Positions 57,306-64,000 of a stretch of DNA of 64,000 nucleotides are shown here, piece after piece. The notes under the pieces are model-generated. The model saw only the letters and a list, made by a program, of their open reading frames with translations. It did no database searches and had not been told where the DNA came from. Made by a program: the position numbers and the translations under genes. Position 1 is the stretch's first letter. Every line of letters begins with the position of its first letter. Source of the DNA: Candidatus Latescibacterota bacterium (GTDB lineage Bacteria; Latescibacterota; UBA2968); the NCBI GenBank assembly GCA_965207885.1, contig OZ242311.1, positions 1,440,001 to 1,504,000 of the forward strand. The letters are read 5' to 3'.

Positions 57306-58685
57306 CTACTCGAGCCGAATATCTGGCAACTCAAAATCATCGCCCGTATCTTCAATCCACTGTGCGAGACGCTCGTGGCATCTCTCCTTCTCCTTCTGAA
57401 ACGCCCTGTTATAAACGTAATTCGCCTGCTCATACGGATCATCCGCCGTATTGAAAAGCAACCAATCATTACTTGGCGTACACGCGTATTTCCACCCATC
57501 TCGCATCACCACAGCCCGCCACGCCTTGTTCACAGTGTGCGAATGCATCTTTCGGGGAATCTGCTGCAAATACGCCGAATCGGGTTCTGCATTTCTATTG
57601 GGCTTGCCTTTGAACTCGGCGGCATTGCTGGAAATACAGTGACCAGAATAATCGTGCCCGACCATGCCCTCGGGAACGGGAATACCGCAAAGCCCCAGCG
57701 TCGTAGGTGCAATATCGACGTGATTGATCACCGCATCGGTAGATCCCGTATTCATATTAGCACCACCCCCCACCTTGCCGATAATAAACGGAATGCGGAT
57801 CGACTCTTCCCACGGCGATGATTTGCCCGTCTGCGCGTGGCTCCACAGCATATCGCCGTGATCGGAAAAGAAAATCACATAAGTCTCCCGATCAACACCC
57901 ATATCTTTGAGTGCCAGGCGAATCCGCCCCACATTGTAATCCAGATTCTCCACCATCGCGTAATAACCCGCGTGATCCAGGGTTGCCCGCTCGCGGATCC
58001 GGGGGACAACCGGCACATTGCGCCGAAGCTGAATATCCGACGGATGAATCCGGGACGCCCCGCGCTCTGGATTGGTAGGCGGCACAAAGGGATTGTGGGG
58101 CGGCTGCACTGAAAGCACGGCAAAAAACGGCTGATAGTCTTCTTCACCACCCACATGATCCGCGAGATGGTCCAAAAACAAGGTCGTCAAGCTATCGGTT
58201 TCATATCCGTCCAAACGCCGGGGCGTTTCGCCCTCCGAGCCATAAACATAGCACTCGTTCTGATTGTTATTATTCTCATATCCCATCCAGTACTGAAAAT
58301 TCCCCCTGCGCTCGGGAGGAACACAGTTCTCCCGCGCATTGGACCCGTCCAAATGCCACTTGCCCACATAAGCTGTGTGATACCCAGCATCATTAAAAGG
58401 TATAGCAACAGTCGGAATCGCCGGATCCAGCGGAGACGGCGTCTGCGTCACCCCATTCTGATGCGGATAAGTACCCGTCATTAGCGCGCCGCGAAAAGGC
58501 GAGCACCACGGCGCACCGGAAACCGCACAGTCAAAACGCATACCCTCCCGCGCGAGATTGTCGATATTCGGCGTAAACACATTGGGATCACCCCGATAGC
58601 TCAATGCGTGTGCGCGGTGTTGATCCCCAAAAACCCAGATCACATTCGGTTTGCGTACAGGGCGAAACGAAAATTGTTCACTCAT
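57306..58685 (-). CDS. Formylglycine-type sulfatase
   Basis: PNV....DQHR, CSPFRGALMTG (CxPxR), GKWHL, SDHGD. Confidence 0.94.
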   Translation of the reverse strand: MSEQFSFRPVRKPNVIWVFGDQHRAHALSYRGDPNVFTPNIDNLAREGMRFDCAVSGAPWCSPFRGALMTGTYPHQNGVTQTPSPLDPAIPTVAIPFNDAGYHTAYVGKWHLDGSNARENCVPPERRGNFQYWMGYENNNNQNECYVYGSEGETPRRLDGYETDSLTTLFLDHLADHVGGEEDYQPFFAVLSVQPPHNPFVPPTNPERGASRIHPSDIQLRRNVPVVPRIRERATLDHAGYYAMVENLDYNVGRIRLALKDMGVDRETYVIFFSDHGDMLWSHAQTGKSSPWEESIRIPFIIGKVGGGANMNTGSTDAVINHVDIAPTTLGLCGIPVPEGMVGHDYSGHCISSNAAEFKGKPNRNAEPDSAYLQQIPRKMHSHTVNKAWRAVVMRDGWKYACTPSNDWLLFNTADDPYEQANYVYNRAFQKEKERCHERLAQWIEDTGDDFELPDIRLE

Positions 58686-58698
58686 AGAAAAAACCTTT

Positions 58699-61257
58699 CT
58701 AATGCTCATGTCCATGCCCGTGATCGTGCAGGGGCGTATGATCGTGATAAATACCGTGCTTGTGCATCTGCTGGTGCAAGCGATTGTGCGCGGCCTCCAG
58801 CGTGGCGCGCATCTGTTTCAGACGCCTTGCTTTAGGTCGCGGTGCGAGCGTATCCAGATAGGCAATTGCCCCTTCGATTTGTTCCAAAACCGTCGTCGCA
58901 TCCGCCCGTGAAAAAATTGGCCTACCCTCCACAACCACCTGCACGGCACTCGTGTGGGCGGCAATCTCGCCGTGCTGTCCCTTATAACTCCCGCGCACCC
59001 GCAGAGCAATCCACGTCGAATCCTCCACCCGTACCTCCGCACTCCCCGACGCCGATAGGCTCTTATCCACATTCACCTGCTCATGCGTCAACCCGCCCAC
59101 AACGATCTCGACCTGATCAATCGGCAAACGCACCGACGCCACCTCCCACGTCACATTGACCGTCCCGCCAGAGGATGGCAACGCCACCCGTGAACCGGGA
59201 GTCTTCCCTTCCACCTGAATCTCTGCAAGCGGTCCCACCGTCACAAACGTATGGCCCGCCTTTGTCGCCGCCATCCAGTTTTCATAGCTAAACTCGCGAT
59301 TGCCCAAATGCGTATAAGTCCGCACCCCGCCAAGTTGCGAGGCAGCCGCCATCTTATCCGACCCGCCCACAACCGGAATGTGGTATCCCAAATTCAAATA
59401 GCGATACCAATCGGCAATCCCATAGGGATTGATCTGCGCATTGTGGGGATTAAACGTCATCATCTCCATCGCGTGGATCAGACCCAGCACAATATCTGCG
59501 GCGCGTTCGCACTGCGGATTTGGGCCGTGCGGCATCACCACCAGACCACCCTGATCAATACACTGCTGCGCCCACTCCGCCATCGTGACTTCCTGCGCAT
59601 CTCCCAGCGCGGATTCCGACGGTCCCCCCGAACACAGCGGATGAATCATAAGCCCCGAATAGCCCAGCAGCGAAATATGTCCCAGAACCTGCATGCGATT
59701 CTCGGTTCCAACGCGCACGAGAAACTCGCCATCCCCACCAAAATCCCGCGCGCCAAAAGTCGTCTTCCCATCAAAATCCGACACATTGCTGAACATTTCC
59801 CCCCACTGGCTCGCCAGCAAATTCACCACATTCACACCCTCGCCCTCACCTTCCAGAAGCGCGGTTTGCGGACTCAAAAAATGCACATGCGTATCGGCAG
59901 TCACCCACCCCTTTTCTCGCCACTTGAGCACGCGATCAATCTCAAACGTAACAACATCAGTATCGGGACCAACCGTAAACTTCTCGCGAATCGGCGCAAT
60001 CTCATATCCCTTCTGGATATCGACATACACATCGCCCAGAGGCAAGTCTGCCACGCATTCCCCCGGAATATAACAATACTGATTCAACCCATTGACGTGC
60101 TCGCCGTAATTGTCCTCAAACCAGTGCGGATTCACCTTGCGATGATACCCCTTGGGCGGCAAATACTCCCCGGCCTCGCCGTGCATGTGCAACCGCACAG
60201 CAACCGGCGTTTCTGTCCCTCTCTCCACCACCCGAATTGCGACCGGACGATGTGTAGACTGCACCTCGACAATCTGTCTTGCACCTGCCAGATCGTAAGC
60301 CTGCGCCTCCCCATCCCCCTCCACATAAAGCTTCCCCTGCGGGTGTGCGATATACTCGACAACCACCGCAGAAGAAGACCGTTCGGGCTGCACATCCACC
60401 TCCGCGCTCAACCAGCGTTCCGCATCGTAATCCAGCACAGCCCGCGCAGACATCACCACACCCAGATCAATATCGATATTCTCAAGCTCGCCATTCCCGT
60501 TCAACTGCGCGCCCTCGGGCAATTCCAACTTCAATTTTTGGCGCACACCCGGTCGCAGCGGATGATCTGCGACCTGTGTATGCGTGATCCCCAGCACCAG
60601 CGACCGCTCGTTCCTGGGGACCAGTGTCAGATGCCCAATGGACTTTTCCGGATTGGGATTGGGCAACGCATACACCCACAACTTTGCCTGTCCACCATCT
60701 CGTCCCGAACTGTGCCGCGTCTCCGCGCGACCATAAGCCGATGCAGGACGCCGTCCCAAACCGTGTTCGTCCGTAGCCCCCATCACAACACCGGGTTTCG
60801 CCGCAGGCATCGCTGCAAACGCACTTGCCCCCCACCCAATACGAGACTGTTGAATCGCAAACCGGCGCAAAATGCGCGTCGCTTCGGACTCGCCATCTGC
60901 ATATTCCAGCACATAATCCGACACATGATCGCCGAGATCATTACCATCCATAGCAAAATCGGCCAGCCCTTCCTGATAATTACTCACGCGATTCTCGACC
61001 CCGTGCAAAAACACCACATAGCTCGCCTTCACACCGCCCATATCAACGCGCACAACACCGCTATCGAGCAATATACTGTTCGGTTTGCCTGGCGCACCCA
61101 GATCAAATGGCAGACCCAGAACAGATTGCCTACCATACATCGCACCCAAATCTTCGCCACCAAAACCATCCAATTGCACGCGATCCACATTGTAATTTTC
61201 CGCCAGCGAAACAGGCGTAAAATGTTCAGATGGGGGAATAGTCATAATGCACCTCAT
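58699..61257 (-). CDS. CehA/McbA-family (PHP-like) metallohydrolase with His-rich tail
   Basis: GW..ADTHVH, GTENR....GH, WYRYLN.G, GGSD, G..RTY, G.TFVT.GP. Confidence 0.75.
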   Translation of the reverse strand: MRCIMTIPPSEHFTPVSLAENYNVDRVQLDGFGGEDLGAMYGRQSVLGLPFDLGAPGKPNSILLDSGVVRVDMGGVKASYVVFLHGVENRVSNYQEGLADFAMDGNDLGDHVSDYVLEYADGESEATRILRRFAIQQSRIGWGASAFAAMPAAKPGVVMGATDEHGLGRRPASAYGRAETRHSSGRDGGQAKLWVYALPNPNPEKSIGHLTLVPRNERSLVLGITHTQVADHPLRPGVRQKLKLELPEGAQLNGNGELENIDIDLGVVMSARAVLDYDAERWLSAEVDVQPERSSSAVVVEYIAHPQGKLYVEGDGEAQAYDLAGARQIVEVQSTHRPVAIRVVERGTETPVAVRLHMHGEAGEYLPPKGYHRKVNPHWFEDNYGEHVNGLNQYCYIPGECVADLPLGDVYVDIQKGYEIAPIREKFTVGPDTDVVTFEIDRVLKWREKGWVTADTHVHFLSPQTALLEGEGEGVNVVNLLASQWGEMFSNVSDFDGKTTFGARDFGGDGEFLVRVGTENRMQVLGHISLLGYSGLMIHPLCSGGPSESALGDAQEVTMAEWAQQCIDQGGLVVMPHGPNPQCERAADIVLGLIHAMEMMTFNPHNAQINPYGIADWYRYLNLGYHIPVVGGSDKMAAASQLGGVRTYTHLGNREFSYENWMAATKAGHTFVTVGPLAEIQVEGKTPGSRVALPSSGGTVNVTWEVASVRLPIDQVEIVVGGLTHEQVNVDKSLSASGSAEVRVEDSTWIALRVRGSYKGQHGEIAAHTSAVQVVVEGRPIFSRADATTVLEQIEGAIAYLDTLAPRPKARRLKQMRATLEAAHNRLHQQMHKHGIYHDHTPLHDHGHGHEH

Positions 61258-63126
61258 TTATAAAAAATACCGTTCCTTCTTCACCATCACCTCAAACTCC
61301 TCTCTCGCCTTCTGCACCTCTTCCACTGTTGAAACCTCGGCAACCGGCACATCCCACCAGCTCTCGTAGCCCGGCACGCGCACCTCGCGATCGACCTCCA
61401 CCGCAATCACCGTCGTGCGATCTATAGTTCGCGCCTCTTCAATCGCCCTCATCAACCCTTCTCTACCTTCGGGCCGCAACACATAAGCTCCCAAACTCTC
61501 GGCATTTGTCGCCAAATCGGTCGGCACATTCTCACCATCCAATTGCCCGGTCCGCCCATCGCGCATCTTATACCTTGTCCCAAACTCATCCGCCCCCACA
61601 GCATCCGACAACCCCCCAATACTCGCAAAACCGTGATTGTCCAGCAGCACAATATTCAGCTTAATCCCTTCCTGCACCGCCGTCGCAATCTCCTGCGCCA
61701 TCATCAAATACGACCCATCTCCAACCATCACATACACCTCCCGAAAGGGATCGGCCATCTTAATACCCAACCCCCCGGCAATCTCGTATCCCATGCACGA
61801 ATATCCATACTCGAGGTGGTATCCCTTGGGATTGCGCGTTCGCCACAACTTGTGGAGATCGCCCGGCATACTGCCCGCCGCACAAATCATGACATCCTCA
61901 GGCGCCGAACCTTCATTCACTGCGCCAATCACTTCCCCCTGACTCAAAACGGGTCGATGACCCAAATTGTAAATGCGATCCACCTCAGCCTCCCACGCCT
62001 CCCGAAATGCGACAACCCGCTGTGCCAAATCCCCCGACACGCGATACCCCTGCACCGCTTCTGTCAATTCTTCCAACACCACCCGCGCATCGCCCACCAG
62101 CGGCAATGCCCCGTGTTTGGCCGCATCAAATTCCGCCACATTAATCGCGATAAATTTCACATTTGGATTTTGAAACGCCGTCTTTGAAGCCGTCGTAAAA
62201 TCGCTCAACCGCGTACCAATAGCGATCACCAGATCCGCTTCCCGCGCGACAATATTCGCCCCCGGTGTACCCGTCACACCCACCGCACCCAAATTATTGC
62301 CGTGGTCGTAATTAAGCGCCCCCTTGCCCGCCTGTGTCTCACCCACCGGAATACCCGTCTGCTCGACAAATTCCGCCAGCGCATCTGTCGCCTCGCTGTA
62401 CAACACTCCCCCGCCCGCAATCACCACAGGTTGCACACTCTCCCTGATCCACGCCGCGGCTTTTGACACCAGATCGCGATCTGGCCGGTTGCGCGGCACC
62501 ACCCACACCCGTCTTTCAAACAACGCTTCGGGATAATCAAACGCCTCTGTCTGCGTATCCTGCGGACAACACAGCGTCACAGCACCCGTCTCAACAGGCG
62601 ACGTCAGAACCCGCATCGCCTCGGGCAATGCCAAAACCGCTTGATCTGCCCGATTCAACCGATCCCAGTACCGCGACACCGGCTTAAAGCAATCATTCAC
62701 AGAAATATCCTGCGACGCATTGGACTCCAACTGCTGCAACACAGGTGCCACATTTCGCCGCGCAAAAATATCACCCGGCAGCAACAACACCGGCAAACGA
62801 TTAATCGTCGCCGTTGCCGCGCCCGTCACCATATTCGTCGCCCCCGGTCCAATTGACGTCGTACACGCCAGCGTACCCAACCGATTCTTCATCTTGGCAT
62901 AAGCCGCAGCCGTATGCACCATCGCCTGTTCATTGCGCGTCTGGTAATACCGAAACTCATCGCGATACTCATGCAGTGCCTGACCAATCCCCGCCACATT
63001 CCCATGCCCAAAAATACCCGACATCCCCGCAAAAAAGGGCTGTTCAACCCCATCGCGCGAAACGTACTGCGCCTTCAAAAACTGAACAATCGCCTGTGCC
63101 ATTGTCAATCGTCGCGTCTTTCCCAT
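61258..63126 (-). CDS. iolD: 3D-(3,5/4)-trihydroxycyclohexane-1,2-dione acylhydrolase
   Basis: LTMAQA...FL..Q, IFGHGNVAG, RNEQ.M, LPGD.FA.R..PVLQQ, YHLEYGYSCMGYE, GDGS, WWDVPVAE. Confidence 0.95.
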   Translation of the reverse strand: MGKTRRLTMAQAIVQFLKAQYVSRDGVEQPFFAGMSGIFGHGNVAGIGQALHEYRDEFRYYQTRNEQAMVHTAAAYAKMKNRLGTLACTTSIGPGATNMVTGAATATINRLPVLLLPGDIFARRNVAPVLQQLESNASQDISVNDCFKPVSRYWDRLNRADQAVLALPEAMRVLTSPVETGAVTLCCPQDTQTEAFDYPEALFERRVWVVPRNRPDRDLVSKAAAWIRESVQPVVIAGGGVLYSEATDALAEFVEQTGIPVGETQAGKGALNYDHGNNLGAVGVTGTPGANIVAREADLVIAIGTRLSDFTTASKTAFQNPNVKFIAINVAEFDAAKHGALPLVGDARVVLEELTEAVQGYRVSGDLAQRVVAFREAWEAEVDRIYNLGHRPVLSQGEVIGAVNEGSAPEDVMICAAGSMPGDLHKLWRTRNPKGYHLEYGYSCMGYEIAGGLGIKMADPFREVYVMVGDGSYLMMAQEIATAVQEGIKLNIVLLDNHGFASIGGLSDAVGADEFGTRYKMRDGRTGQLDGENVPTDLATNAESLGAYVLRPEGREGLMRAIEEARTIDRTTVIAVEVDREVRVPGYESWWDVPVAEVSTVEEVQKAREEFEVMVKKERYFL

Positions 63127-63148
63127 GTTATCCCTCGTATTGAGATAT

Positions 63149-63919
63149 TCACACCAACACATCCGGCCGGTCGTGTACGCCGGGAGACGCCAAAATCCGC
63201 TTCTGTTGCTCGGTCAACCCCTCATAAACCGAACCATCGTACCCCTTTGGCGCAGAAATCAAATGCCCTGGACCGTATTTGTAAAGCAACACCCTGCGCT
63301 CGTGATCTGCCCGCCACGGCAATGTGCCGTGCACCAGAGCCTCAGTAAAAAAAATCGCATCCCCCGCCTTTGCCTCTGGCTGAACAACATAGTGCGGAAC
63401 CCGCTCAAACCGCTGCACATCTCGCGGCAAATCTATCCGAAAATTGCTCTTGTGGCTACCCCGCACACAGGCAAATCCCCCATCTCCCGCATTGGCGTCC
63501 GACAACACATACGTCAACACCGACAAACCACACTGCATCACGCCATCTCGATATCTGTAATAATGGTGAAACAAATTCGGCTGCCCGCCGTGCAAACTAC
63601 CTCGCTTCCCATTCTTCATCATAAAAATGGCATAATCGTGATCCAGGCGGAACTTCGGTCCCAACAACGCAACGAGATAAGGCAACACTTTGGGATGATC
63701 GATTAAATCCCGACACGCCACATCCCAATCCACAATACTCGGCGCGCGGCGCACACCTTTAGCATTGCCAAATTCATCATCTGCCTCCACATCCCCGTAA
63801 TCCCTGGGAAACGCTCTATCTGCCACCGCATTGAGCACATCCAATTCCTCGCGGCTCAACACATCTTTAATCACCAGATACCCGTCGAGATCAAACATAA
63901 ACTTTTCTTCTGGGGTCAT
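63149..63919 (-). CDS. PhyH family dioxygenase
   Basis: MT.EEKF.FDL.GY, GSHKSN, AGD...F.EAL.HG. Confidence 0.85.
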   Translation of the reverse strand: MTPEEKFMFDLDGYLVIKDVLSREELDVLNAVADRAFPRDYGDVEADDEFGNAKGVRRAPSIVDWDVACRDLIDHPKVLPYLVALLGPKFRLDHDYAIFMMKNGKRGSLHGGQPNLFHHYYRYRDGVMQCGLSVLTYVLSDANAGDGGFACVRGSHKSNFRIDLPRDVQRFERVPHYVVQPEAKAGDAIFFTEALVHGTLPWRADHERRVLLYKYGPGHLISAPKGYDGSVYEGLTEQQKRILASPGVHDRPDVLV

Positions 63920-63930
63920 ATCGCATACTC

Positions 63931-63999
63931 CTATCGATAGGGCAATGGCCTGGGATCGAGCCATTCAACAACTCGATCTTTAATCGCCCATGCAAAAAA
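63931..63999 (-). CDS. 3' end of an unidentified CDS running off the window
   Basis: Open frame FFAWAIKDRVVEWLDPRPLPYR* ending at the PhyH RBS. Confidence 0.35.
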   Translation of the reverse strand, partial: FFAWAIKDRVVEWLDPRPLPYR

Positions 64000-64000
64000 G

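Noticed and set aside
59251-61263. 670-aa plus-strand ORF
   Set aside because: Antisense shadow of the CehA-like gene with no motifs; expected from the strong strand codon bias

Overview
Bacterial chromosomal window. No rRNA, tRNA, CRISPR array or integrase is visible. The many PhyH dioxygenases, the sulfatase and the ankyrin protein suggest a Latescibacteria/Poribacteria-like environmental lineage, but this is inference only. 1-5.3 kb holds plus-strand envelope genes (RND permease, TolC, DUF2227, M23 peptidase, bactofilin), followed by hflX. 6.7-35.8 kb is an almost uninterrupted minus-strand array of about 35 unrelated, tightly abutted genes (GNATs, NUDIX, HIT, HAD, APH, AAC(3), ANT-like, RidA, methyltransferases, two orphan antitoxins). 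It looks like an integron cassette array but has no recognisable attC sites. Its junctions carry 3' stumps of vanished genes, and blocks within it are bracketed by 54-62 bp imperfect direct repeats. The array begins where GC skew and gene orientation flip, a candidate replication terminus. It contains an intact IS605-group tnpA/tnpB element whose ends, TTAG target and guide can be read from the sequence, and an IS4 (ISAba1-like) element. 37-54 kb is a putative inositol-lipid synthesis/export cluster (GMC oxidoreductase, MMPL, MlaC-like, IPCT/DIPPS, TolC, LPG-synthase TM protein). It is interrupted by a second IS4 copy and by a 6-kb integrase-free island (TonB receptor, lipoprotein, two-component system) flanked by 48-bp direct repeats. 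The right end has TPR-PPIase, EamA, sulfatase, CehA/McbA-like hydrolase, iolD and PhyH. Family assignments come from motif recognition by eye; no database search was run.
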